Origin: Mobula hypostoma
Lineage: Eukaryota
DNA: 64,000 nt
Assembly (NCBI RefSeq): GCF_963921235.1
Contig: NC_086108.1
Span: 103,790,001 to 103,854,000 of the forward strand
Direction of reading: 5' to 3'
The notes under the pieces were generated by a model, which made no database searches, was not told where the DNA came from, and saw nothing but the letters and a program-made list of their open reading frames with translations. Positions 25,301-36,167 of this stretch are shown here, piece by piece. The position numbers and the translations under genes are program-made. Numbering within the stretch: the stretch's first letter is position 1; every line of letters starts with the position of its first letter.

Positions 25301-25989
25301 CCCAATGACTTGGCCTCCATAGTTGTCAGCGGCAATGATCCTTGAATAGAATTACCACATTGAAGAAATCTGTTCTCAAAATATTAGTTTTGGAAACAGC
25401 ACCCGTTTGGGAATCAGAGAATTGTTTAAAATGGGCACGCTGGGATAGCCAGCTAGGCCCCATTACCACCGTTGTTCTTGCAATCGATTGGCTCAGTTGC
25501 ACAAGGTCAGGGGAACTAAGAATCATCTGTAGGGTTGGCTGGGGTTACTGATAACACCAGCCTTCATACAGCAGCAGAATCAACATAGGGAGAGACAATT
25601 TGGGTCTTTAACTGAAGCCCTCAAATCTTTTGTTTTAATATTCTTTCAGGGACCTTGGGCATTTTTGGTCAGTATTTACACCTCACTTGTAGTTGTCTTT
25701 GTGAAAATCTGCGTGACCCACCCTCCTAAAGTCAGCATATTTGGTCAGTCTTCTCCGAGGATCTTCACCCTGTCATGGTGGAGAGGAGCGATGCCATCTG
25801 GAGTTTAGCTCCTGGTAGGGCCAACCATGTCGGTAAGGTCAAATGGGAGGTTCCAAACGAAGAGCGAGCCAACCAAGACCTCAGCAGTGGAGCTGACGGA
25901 AGATGATGCCATGTCACAATGACAATGAAGGTGGAGGAAGGCTGCAGCAATGAAGAATCCCCAGTCATCTTGCCTTCCGTGCCGCACCC

Positions 25990-27372
25990 CTGCACATAAC
26001 AGATACCTGTGTCAGTATGCTGTTAATTGACTGCTACTAGGCATTTAACACAATCATTCCTACAGTTCTCATCGAAAAGCTCCAAAATGTGGGCCTCCAT
26101 ACACCCCCCCCCCCACAACTGGATTCTTGACTTTCTAACCAGAAGGCCACAATCTGTGCGGATCATAAATAACATCTCCAGTTCGCTGAAGATCAACACT
26201 GCGTCAGGGATATATGCTTAGCCCACTGTTCTACTCTTTCAACATTCACGATTGTGTGGCTAGCCACAGCTCAAATGTCACCTACAAATTTGCTGATGAT
26301 ACAATCAGTGTTGGCAGAATTTCAGATGGTGACAAGGGAGTGTACAGGAGCAAGATGGATCAGCTGGTTGAGTGGTGTCGCAGCAACAACCTGGCACTCA
26401 ACATCAATAAGACCAAAGAGTTGATTGTGGATTTCAGAAAGGGTTAGATGAGGGAACACATACCAGTCCTCATAGAGGGATCAGAAGAGGAAAAAGTGAG
26501 CCATTTCAAAGTTTCTGGATGTTAATAGCTCTGAGAATCTATCTTGCATCCAATAACCATAGAACAATTACAGCACGGAAACAGGCCATCTCGGCCCTTC
26601 TAGTCCATGCCGAACTCTTACTCTCACCTAGTCCCACCGACCTGCACTCACCCCCTAACCCAACATTCCTTTCGTGTCCATATAGCTATCCAATTTAACT
26701 TTAAATGACAACATTGAACCTGCCTCAACCACTTCTGCTGGAAGCTCGTTCCACACAGCTACCACTCTCTGAGTAAAGAAGTTCCCCCTCATGTTACCCC
26801 TAAACTTTTGCCCTTTAACTCTCAACTCATGCCCTCTTGTTTGAATCTCCCCCACTCTAAATGGAAAAAACCTATCCACGTCAACTCTATCTATCCCCCT
26901 CATAATTTTAAATACCAATATCAAGTCCCCCCTCAACCTTCTGTGCTCCAAAGAATAAAAACCTAATCTCTTCAATCAATGTATCGATACAGCTACAAAT
27001 AAGGCATGGCAGCCGTTATATTTCATTCGGAGTTTGAGAAGAGTTGGTGTGTCCAAAAACACCGCAAAATTTATACAGATGTACCATGGGGAGCATTCTA
27101 CCCGGCTGCATCACTGTCTGGTACTGGGGGGAGGGGAGGGTAGTGTGCTACTGCACGGGATTTATGTAAGTTGTAGAGACTTGTAAAGTTAGTCAGCTCC
27201 ATCATGGGCACTGCCGTCCATAGCATCCAGGACATCTTCAAGGAGTAATGCCTCAAAAAGCTGGCGTCCATGATTAAGGACCCCCATCATCCAGGTCATG
27301 CCTTGTTCTCATTGCTACTATCAGAGGCAAATTTCATGACAAGTGCTGGTGATATTAAACCTGATTCTGAAT
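25990..27372 (+). mobile_element. Rex1/Babar LINE fragment split by a CR1 insertion
   Basis: LSPLFYSFNIHDCVA...YKFADDTISVGRI...[20 protein letters not shown]. Confidence 0.8.
26556..26975 (-). mobile_element. CR1 3' fragment inserted into a Rex1 LINE
   Basis: Open frame RLGFYSLEHRRLRGDLILVFKIMRG...RGNFFTQRVVAVWNELP; the Rex1 sequence continues on both sides. Confidence 0.85.
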
Positions 27373-27976
27373 TGCTGTCTGGATGGTATCTGGAATACAC
27401 TGCTAAAGCAGGTGATCAAAAATAAGATTAGGATCTAGAAAGCATTTTTAGGAAGCAGCTAGACAGTCATAGACAAGGCAAAGGATAAGGACCCAATGCA
27501 GCAATTGGGATTAGGTTTCTGGGCACAAAGCTCAGCTTGAACATGATGGAACGAAGGGCCTGTTTCTGTACAGTACAACTCCACAACTTGAACTTAGCTT
27601 TAATATCCCCTCCTGCTAGGTGGGGTGTGAACATCTTGCTAATTTTTCAAGTCCTCTAGATGGTGCGTAGGTTCACATTTAGGTGCGTAAATTTTTACAT
27701 AGCAGGGGAATTAAGATTTATGAGGAAAATGCAGAGTTCACAGCCAGATCAGTCATTGATTGTATTGACTGAGTGTGTAGGTTTTCTTCAGCTTATCAAA
27801 CAAGGATATATTTGCTTTGTATGGTGTGCAGTGAAGATTTGCCACAGTGGAGGAATTGAGAAGTTCAGTGCATCTGTTCCCTGGCATCACTGAAGCATAC
27901 AAAATTCCTCGAGGGCTTGACAGGGATAGAGCGGGGTGGTGGGGGAATGTTTCACCTAGCTGCCAAGTCTAGAAAT

Positions 27977-28504
27977 GAGCAACACACACAAAATGCTGGA
28001 AGAACTTAGCAGGTCAGTCATTATCGATGGAGAGGAATAAACAGTTGGCATCTCGGGCTGTTGTCCTTCATCGGGACTGGAAAGGAAGGGGGAAGAAGCC
28101 AGAATAAAGAAGTGAGGAGATGGGCAAGGAGTATAGGCTGGCAGGTGATAGGTGAAACTGGGTGAGGGGTAAGGTGGGTGGTGGGGAGGGGGTATGAAGT
28201 GAGAGGTGATGAGTGAAAGAGGTAAAAGGCTGAAGAAAAAGGAATCTGATTGGAAAGGACAATGGACTGTGGAAGAAGGGGAAAGGGGAAGGGCACCAGA
28301 GAAGAGAGGTGATGGGCGGGTGAGGAGAAGAGAAGGGGAGCGAGGATAACCAGAATGAGGAATACTAAAAGAAGGGAGGGGGAGAGATTACTGGGAATTG
28401 GGGAAATCAAAATTCATACTGTCAGGTCGGAGGCTACCCAAATGGATTATGAAGTGCTGTGTACCTGCTCAAAATTTTCAATCTGCAGAATCTCTTGTGT
28501 TTAG
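27977..28504. mobile_element. PLE-derived non-autonomous element: inverted 3' repeat followed by direct 3' tail
   Basis: 10-bp TSD GTCTAGAAAT at 27967-27976 and 28505-28514; - strand arm, then + strand tail ATCTGCAGAATCTCTTGTGTTT. Confidence 0.75.
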
Positions 28505-28722
28505 GTCTAGAAATTAATCAGGAGGAGGACTGAATGAAGTGAAACCTTTTCTCTCAGGCAGGGCTGAAGCCTTGTAATTTTACAGCCCAGAGGACCGTGG
28601 AGGTTCAGCCATTGGAACTGGAGGTTAAGTAGAAGTTGAGCCATGATCTTGTTGAATGCAGAGCAAGGCTAAATAATTTACTTGTGTCCCTATCTCTAAC
28701 ATAACTTGTATTCTCCTTTCAG

Positions 28723-28776
28723 GCTGTGGCTTCGAGCTGTTGGTCCGTTCTGAAGACGAAGAGACAGCAGATGAAG
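28723..28776 (+). CDS. miga1: Mitoguardin-1 coding exon
   Basis: tttcag|GCTGTG...ATGAAG|gtgaga; 54 nt; AVASSCWSVLKTKRQQMK, MIGA1-like. Confidence 0.95.
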
Positions 28777-30341
28777 GTGAGATCAGACAGCAGACCTGTC
28801 CCTCACTGTCTTTCGTCTCTGCGGTTATTCCTCAGGCCCTCACCACTCAATGAACCATTGCTGGATCCCAACATTGAGTTTGACAGTCTATCCCTGTGTA
28901 GGCATCATTGACACATGCCAATCGCCACTGGGCTGGTATCTGTGTGTGCTGAAGATTGTAGTCTTAAAGTTCAAAGTAAATTTATTATCAAAGTACATAT
29001 GCAGTACATCAACATATTCATTTTCTTGTGGACATTCACAGTAAGTACAAAGAAACTAAAAAAAACAAGGAAATTAATAATAAATAATTGAGCAATAAAT
29101 ATCAAGAACATGAGATGAAGAGTCCTTGAAAGTGAGTCCATACTTTGAGACTTTTACCGTGCTATGGTCTGTTCTTATCAAATTACGGTATTGCTTTGCA
29201 CTGTTGTAACTATATGTTATAATTATGTGGTTTTTGTTAGTGGAAAACCAGTGTATCATTCCTTAATGCATGCATTACTAAATGACAATAAAAGAGGACT
29301 GCGTGTCCTCATAATCTAATCTAATCTAATAGGTTGTGGAAACAGTTCAGTGTTGGGGTGAGTGAAATTATCCCCTTTGATTCAAGAGCCTGATGGTTGG
29401 GGGGTAATAACTGTTCCTGAGCCTGGTGGTGTGGGTCCTGAGGGTCCTGTACCTTCTTCCTGATAGCAGCAGTGAGAAGAGAGCATGGTCTGGGTGGTTG
29501 GCAACTGGAGCAGCAAAGGTCAAATGTAACAGCTAGTAGGTTAAAACCAAATAAGACCCTTTATTGGGAGTTAGTTGTTGGGTGTATACAACACTGTAGA
29601 GTATTATCAGGAAAACCCAGTTCATCTTCAGAGCCCATCAACTATCTTTGGATGAGAGAGTTATCAATTTGGAAGTTGGAGGCCCAGAGTCTGAGAGTCC
29701 AGGGCCAGGAATGGGAGGTCAGAGGCCCAGAGGTAGCTGGTGCTGGGTTGAGAGGCCCTTGTCACTGTGTGAGTGGGTAGGTGGGAGGCTGAAGAAGGGT
29801 CTTAGTTTGCTTCTGTTGTTTTGGTGGTGGTTGTTGTTGCTCATGTTGTTCTGCTGAACATGGTCTATGGGCCCTGGTTTTGCATTGGATTGTGTGGCGG
29901 CACATCGTTTGGTTACATTGGTTATTAACACAAAGGATGCATTTCACTCTCTGTTTCGATGTGCAGTACACGTGATAAGTAAATGAATTGGAATCGGGAT
30001 TTGAACTGAGCATGCAGCCAAGGCCAAATACAGTACAAGAGATAACATTACAGCTCTATACCACATTTGGAGTATTGTGTTCGGTTCTGCTTGCTTCATT
30101 ATAGGAAGGATGTGGAAGCTTTGGGGAGGGTGCAGAGGAGATTTATCACAATGCTGTCTCGATTGGAGAGTGCTTCATATGAGAATAGATTGAGCGAGCC
30201 AGGGCTTTTCTCTTTGGAGTGAAGGAAGATGAGAGGTGACTTGTTCGAGGTGTACAAGATGATAAGAGGCATTGATAGAGTGGACAGCCAGAGTTTTTCC
30301 CAGGGTGGAAATTGCTGACACAAGGGGGCATAACTTTAAGG

Positions 30342-30408
30342 CGGGGATTTCTGCCACGGACCAATACCATTAAGCTTGGGTCCATGGATCCCAAGTTGGG
30401 AAACCTTG
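30342..30408. mobile_element. 67-bp hAT-like micro-insertion inside a CR1 fragment
   Basis: 8-bp TSD CTTTAAGG/CTTTAGGG; right end GTTGGGAAACCTTG resembles a hAT TIR. Confidence 0.55.
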
Positions 30409-30741
30409 CTTTAGGGTGATTGGAGGAAAGTATTGGGGAATGTCAGATGTAGGGTTTTTACAGAGAGGGTGGTGAGTGCATGGAGCACCTGCAAGGGGAG
30501 GCAGGCACGTTGCGGACGTTTAAGAAAACTCTTTGATAGGCACACAGACAAAAGAAAAATGGAGGGCTATGTGGTAGAGTAGGGTTAAATTGACCTTGGA
30601 GTAAGGAAAAGGTTCGGTACGGCATTGCTGGCTGAAGGACCTGTGCTGTGCTGTGCTGTCCAGTGCTCTATGTTATAAAGGAAGTGTGACTGTTTCTGCA
30701 ACAATACCCATATTGGATGAGGTTTGCAGTGAGGCATCGCG

Positions 30742-31688
30742 CAGGGGTCCCCAACCTTTCTGCACCGCGGACCAGTTTAATATTGACAATATTCTTGCGG
30801 ACCGGCCGACCGGGTCGGGGGGCGGGTGGGGAGGGTGTTAATCACGACTGGAATATAGGTGATAAGTCAACTATAAGGCACTTATAAGTGGCTAATACAC
30901 TCAATTTCATTTCTAAAAGGGCTTATCTAACGAATTTAGTATTAAACACACAGCGCATGTTTTCCTCGCATGAGTATAATGATGTCAATTATAAGTCAAT
31001 AGCATCATAACATTTTAAGTAACGTTTGGATATTAAACACACAGCACATATTTTCCCCGTATGAACATATAAAATCATTGCAACACACCAATATCGCTGA
31101 ATCAGTGGGAGCCCTGGGCTTGTTTTCCTGCAACAAGACGGTCCTATCGAGGGGTGATGGGAAACAGCGATACTCGAAGGGGGTTCCTTATGTCCAGTCT
31201 ATTCTGCAATTTAGTTTTCATTGCATTCATTGCAGAAAACTCCGCTTTGCAGCAATATGATGTTGGAAATAGAAGCAATGTTTTCAGTGCTTTCGTGGCT
31301 ATCTCAGGATATTCAGCCTTGCCTTTGATCCAGAATGCCAGCAGAGATGTTATGTCAAACATACTTTTCAGCCCACTGTCATTTGCAACCTCGAGGAGTT
31401 GATCTTCTTCCCGCGCTGACGTGGATGATTCACTGGGGACATTCACAAATGGGTCATGGACCCATTCCTTTGCATGTCTTGGGTCATTTGCGTCTTGGGT
31501 CACTGATGACCTCGCGTGCGTAATGACCTCGCATGCGTTCAAGTTCAACAGTGCGTGACAGGGAATGAGGAAAAGTGCAGTTGACTCATATCGTTTCATA
31601 TCGACAAATCATACCGTTTCCACTCGGCCCGGTAGCACATTCTTTGCGGCCCAGTACAGGTCTACCATCCGGTGGTTAGGGACCACTG
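30742..31688 (-). mobile_element. hAT (Charlie/Buster-type) internally deleted DNA transposon retaining the transposase C-terminus
   Basis: TIRs CAGGGGTCCCCAACC / GGTTAGGGACCACTG; 8-bp TSD GCATCGCG/GCATAGCG; FWIKGKAEYPEIATKALKTLLLFPTSY.C..EFSAM..MKTKLQNRL. Confidence 0.9.
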
Positions 31689-31935
31689 GCATAGCGAACA
31701 TGTCCTCAAACAAGCTCCAAAACTCTTAAATGCATCAAATCCTAAACACAAGAGATTCTGCAGATGCTGGAAATCCAGAGTAACACACACAAAATACTGG
31801 AGGAACTCAGTGGGTCAGGCAGTACCTATGAAGAGGAATAAGCAGTTTTCGTCACCAGTTCTGAATAAACCCGAAGTTTAGCCCAAAATGTCAACTGTTT
31901 ATTTTCTCTGCAGACTTTACATACATACATATATA

Positions 31936-32803
31936 CAGTGGCACGCAAAAGTTTGGGAATCCCTGGTCAAAATTTCTGTTACTGTGAATAGCTAAGCGAG
32001 TAAAAGATGAACTGATTTCCAAAAGGCATAAAGGTAAAGATGATGCATTTCTTTAATAATTTAAGCAAGAAAACTTTTTTATTTCCATCTTTTACAGTTT
32101 CAAAATAACAAAAAAGGATAAGGGCCTGAAGCAAAAGTTTGGGCACCCTGCATAGCAGTACTTATCACAGCTTGTAAACGCTTTCTGTAGCCAGCTAAGA
32201 GTCTTTCAATTCTTGTTTGAGGGATTTCTGCCCATTCTTCCTTGCAAAAGGCTTCTAGTTCTGTGAGATTCTTGGGCCGTCTTGCATGCACTGCTCTTTT
32301 GAGGTCTATCCACAGATTCTCGATGATGTTTAGGTCGGGGGACTGTGAGGGCCATGGCAAAACCTTCAGCTTGCACCTCGAGGTAGTCCATTGTGGATTT
32401 TAAGGTGTGTTTAGGTTCATTATCCTGTTGTAGAAGCCATCCTCTTTTCATCTTTGGCTTTTTTACAAATGGTGTGATGTTTGCTTCCAGAATTTGCTGG
32501 TATTTAATTGTATTCATTCTTCCCTCTACCAGTAAATGTTCCCCGTGCCACTGGCTGCAACACAAGCCCAAAGCATGATCGATCCTCCCCACTTTTTTTA
32601 CGGCCAAAATGTTCTATTCAAAAGGTTCAAAGGCACATCTAAACAAGCCTGATGCATTTTGAAAACAAGTCCTGTGGACTGATGAAGTTAAAATAGAACT
32701 TTTTGGCCGCAATGAGCAAAGGTATGTTTGGAGAAAAAAGGGTGCAGAATTTCATGAAAAGAACACCTCTCCAACTGTTAAGAATGGGGGTGGATCAATT
32801 ATG
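31936..32803 (-). mobile_element. Tc1 (IR/DR-type) transposon remnant with an internal inversion
   Basis: TA|CAGTGGCACGCAAAAGTTTGGG end with inner direct repeat near 32131; QQDNEPKH and WPSQSPDLNIIENLW on -; VLWTDE...PTVKNGGGSIM on +. Confidence 0.88.
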
Positions 32804-33396
32804 CGCGTGCGCGCGCGCGCGCGCACACACACACGCACACACGATATAGGAGCAGAATTAGGCCCTCTGCCTTAAATATATATAAAGCCTTGACCTCCAT
32901 AGCTGCCTGTGGCAAAGAATTCCACAGATTCTCACCACTCTCTGGCCAAAGAAATTCCTCCTCATCGCTGTACTAAAAGGACACCTTTCTATTCTGAGAC
33001 TGTGTCCTCTGGTCCTGGACTCTCCCACTATAGGAAACATCCTCTCCACATCCACTCAATCAAGGACTTTTACCCTTGAGTGTGTGTCTTCAAGCTTCTG
33101 TACCTCCTCCCTGATGGTAGCAATGAGAAGAGGGCATGTCCTGGGTGATGGGGGTCCTTTGATACTGGAAGTCTGGTTTATGGACTTGGTGATGCTGTTT
33201 GCTTCTGTATCTAGGTCTTAAGTTCACATCCAGGACCAGGAAAGGATCAGTCTCCACAAAGATTAACCCTGAGAGAGCAAATTGGGCTTGTCAGCTTTGA
33301 TGAGTGTTTTATTGGGCATTTTTTGTTTTCATGTGTGAAATGAGTCTCTATTTTCTAATCAAATCATTAGTTGTTTCCCTTGTTGTCCTTTGACAG

Positions 33397-33513
33397 GTGC
33401 CAAATGGCTTCATTGCACATTTCTACTCTGTTTGTGAGCACATCAGCCCTGTGTTGGCATGGGGGTTCTTAGGACCCAGGAACTCCCTCTTTGATTTGTG
33501 CTGTTTCTTTAAG
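33397..33513 (+). CDS. miga1: Mitoguardin-1 coding exon
   Basis: tgacag|GTGCCA...TTTAAG|gtatgc; 117 nt; VPNGFIAHFYSVCEHISPVLAWGFLGPRNSLFDLCCFFK. Confidence 0.96.
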
Positions 33514-33658
33514 GTATGCAAGTTTTTTAATTTCCTGAATGTGTAATGTGGGGCAGGACATTAGATAGGGGATGACTAGCAGGATGATGACTTATCGGAT
33601 TCAAAGTTCAAAGTAAACTTATTATCGGAGTACACACATGTCACCATATACTACTCTG

Positions 33659-34056
33659 GGCAGTGTCTATACAAGATGATGATCCCCAGTTATTATCAAT
33701 ACTCTCCAGAGATTGTCTGCCTGGTGTCAGTGGTCGCATAACCAGGACTTGTGATATGCACCAACTGCTCATACGACCTTCCACCACCTGCGCCCATGGC
33801 TTCACATGACCCGGATCGGGGGGACTAAGCAGGTGCTGCAGCTTGCCCAAGGGTGACCTGCAGGCTCACGGGAGGGAAGCAGCACCTGCCACCTTTGGTT
33901 GAGACGTAGCTCCACCCTGCTACCCAGGACACTGCCCAGAAGGCGGCAATGGCCAAGTACTTCTGTAGAAAAATTTGCCAAGAACAATCATGTTTTTAAA
34001 GATTGATGGAAGACCATGATTTCCCATGTCATATGACAAAGCACATAATGATGATG
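33659..34056. mobile_element. SINE-like element with inverted 5' part and (ATG)n tail
   Basis: 11-bp TSD ATACTACTCTG at 33648-33658 and 34057-34067; non-inverted relative at ~46910-47205. Confidence 0.8.
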
Positions 34057-34744
34057 ATACTACTCTGAGATTTGTTTTCTTGCGGGCATTCACAGTAGAT
34101 ACAAGGAAATACAATAGTCAGTGGAAAAACTACACACAAACAAGGACAAACAACCAAAGTGTAAGAGACAACAAATTGAGCAAATACAAAAAGAAAAACA
34201 AATGATAATGAACACAGTAAATAAGTAATAATACTAAGAACATGAGTTGTAGAGTCCTTGATAGTGAGTCCATAGGCTGTGGAATCAGTTCAGTGTCGAG
34301 TTGAGTAAAGTTATCCACACTGATTCAGGAGCCTGATGGTTGAGGGTAAAGGAGAGCTGTTTTTTTTGTGACAGCGCTCCTAGTTGATGTGCTCGATGGT
34401 GGGGAGAGGTAAAGGAGGAAAGGAGAGTGGACCATGGAAGAAAAGGAAGGAGGAGGGAAACCAGAGGGAGGTGAAGAGAAGAGAACAGTGAGAGGGGAAC
34501 TAGAATGGGGATTGGAAAAATAGCGAAGGGGAGGGGTGGGAAATTGATGTTCATGCCATAAGGTTGGAGGCTACCTAAACGAAAAATGGGATGTTGCTCC
34601 TCCTGCCTGAGTTTGTCCTCATCACGGCAGTAGAGGAGGCCATGGACAAACATGTCGGAATGGGTCCAGCCTGAGTTTGGCTTCATCATGTCCAGCTGGG
34701 TTGGTCATAAACCTAACGTCTTATTTTGTTTTTTTTTTTTTTAG

Positions 34745-34954
34745 GAACAAGTGCTCTTCTTCCTGAAGGACATCTTTGACTTTGAGAAGGTGAGATACAC
34801 CAGCAGGGAGAGTCTTGCCGAGGACATCTTACACCTGATCCAGCGCCGTACAGAGCTCCTGGTGGCTTACCTGGGAACAGACAACCTGAGGCATCTGAAC
34901 GGGTACGTCGGACTCCCATTGCCCAGCAAAGCCATGGAAGTATATATGCAGTAA
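34745..34954 (+). CDS. miga1: Mitoguardin-1 last coding exon (to stop codon)
   Basis: Long T tract + tag|GAACAA; EQVLFFLKDIFDFEKVRYTSRESLAEDILHLIQRRTELLVAYLGTDNLRHLNGYVGLPLPSKAMEVYMQ*. Confidence 0.96.
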   Translation, partial: EQVLFFLKDIFDFEKVRYTSRESLAEDILHLIQRRTELLVAYLGTDNLRHLNGYVGLPLPSKAMEVYMQ

Positions 34955-35100
34955 GCCAAGGGCCTTGAACTGACCCTGTGCACAAGCTACCACCTGAATC
35001 CTTAATGCTGCTGAGTCAATGAACTTGAATCCATTAAGCCCCCAAACCTTGGCACCACTATCCTTGAAGCAGCAGTTACTGAGTTGGTTTAAGGTTAATA

Positions 35101-35877
35101 TACACAAAATACTGGAGGAACTCATCAGGTCTGGTAGCATCTATGGAGAGGAATAAAGAGCTGACGTTTCAGGCCAAGACCCTATATCAGGTCTGGAAAG
35201 GTAGGGGGAGAAAAGGAGTACAGGCTAGAAGGTAATGGGTGAAGCCAGGTGTTTGGGGAAGGGGGGAATGAAGTGAGAAGTGGGGAGGTGATAGGTGGAA
35301 AAGATAAAGGTTGAAGAAGAAGGAATCTGATAGGAGAGGAGAATGGACCATGGGAGAAAAGGAGGGAAGAGAACCACCAGCTGGAGTTGATAGGCAGGTG
35401 AGGAGAAGAAGTAAGAGGGAAGCCAAAGTGGGGAATGTGCAGGCCAAATCGTTGGGTATATTTAAGGCGGAGCTTGGTAGGTTTATGATTAATCAGGGTG
35501 TTAATGGTTACAGGGAGAAGGCAGGAGAATAGGATTGAGAGGGATAATAAATCAGCCTTGATGGAATGGTGGAGCAGACTTGATTATGTTCCAAATTAGG
35601 GAAGTGGATGCTCATTTCTTTTCCACCTATCACCATCCAGCTTCTCACTTCATCCTCCCCCATCCCGCCCACTCAACTTCACCTGCCACCTTCTCGGTTA
35701 TACTCTCCCCCCGCACCCGCCCCTCCCCCCATCTTATTTTGGCTTCGTCCCCCTTTCTGATGAAGGGTTTCGGTCCGAAATGTCCCATTTATTCTTCTCC
35801 ATAGAGCCTGCCTGACCTGCTGTGTTTCTCCAGCGTTTTACTCTGGATTTCCAGCATCTGCAGAGTCTCTTGTGTTC
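35101..35877. mobile_element. Inverted pair of PLE-derived repeats separated by a CR1 3' fragment, just after the miga1 stop codon
   Basis: - arm ~35101-35437, CR1 piece ~35438-35585, + arm ~35610-35877 ending in the CAGCATCTGCAGAGTCTCTTGTGTT tail. Confidence 0.65.
35757..35784 (+). ncRNA. Degenerate hammerhead core about 0.8 kb downstream of the miga1 stop codon
   Basis: CTGATGA AGGGTTTCGGTCC GAAA T GTC; stem I not preserved. Confidence 0.45.
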
Positions 35878-36167
35878 ATTGAGTTGAATTTTTAGTTCTT
35901 TTTGCCATGTTTGCATTTTTTAAAATTTATGTAAATAATCTTGCTTTAATATCTATTCTGGCCTGTCAGTGCAGTAGTGAGGGAGTGCTACTGTGGTGGA
36001 GGCAATGTCTTTTAAATGTGATATTAACTGCAGCCCCCTGTCTGCCCGTAAAGGTGTATGTAAAATATTCTGTGGTAATATAGTGTCCAGAACAGCAGGG
36101 AGTAATTCCTTGGGTCCCTCATTACCCGCCACCAATGCCAACAAGGAACAGGTTATGTCCTGATGTT

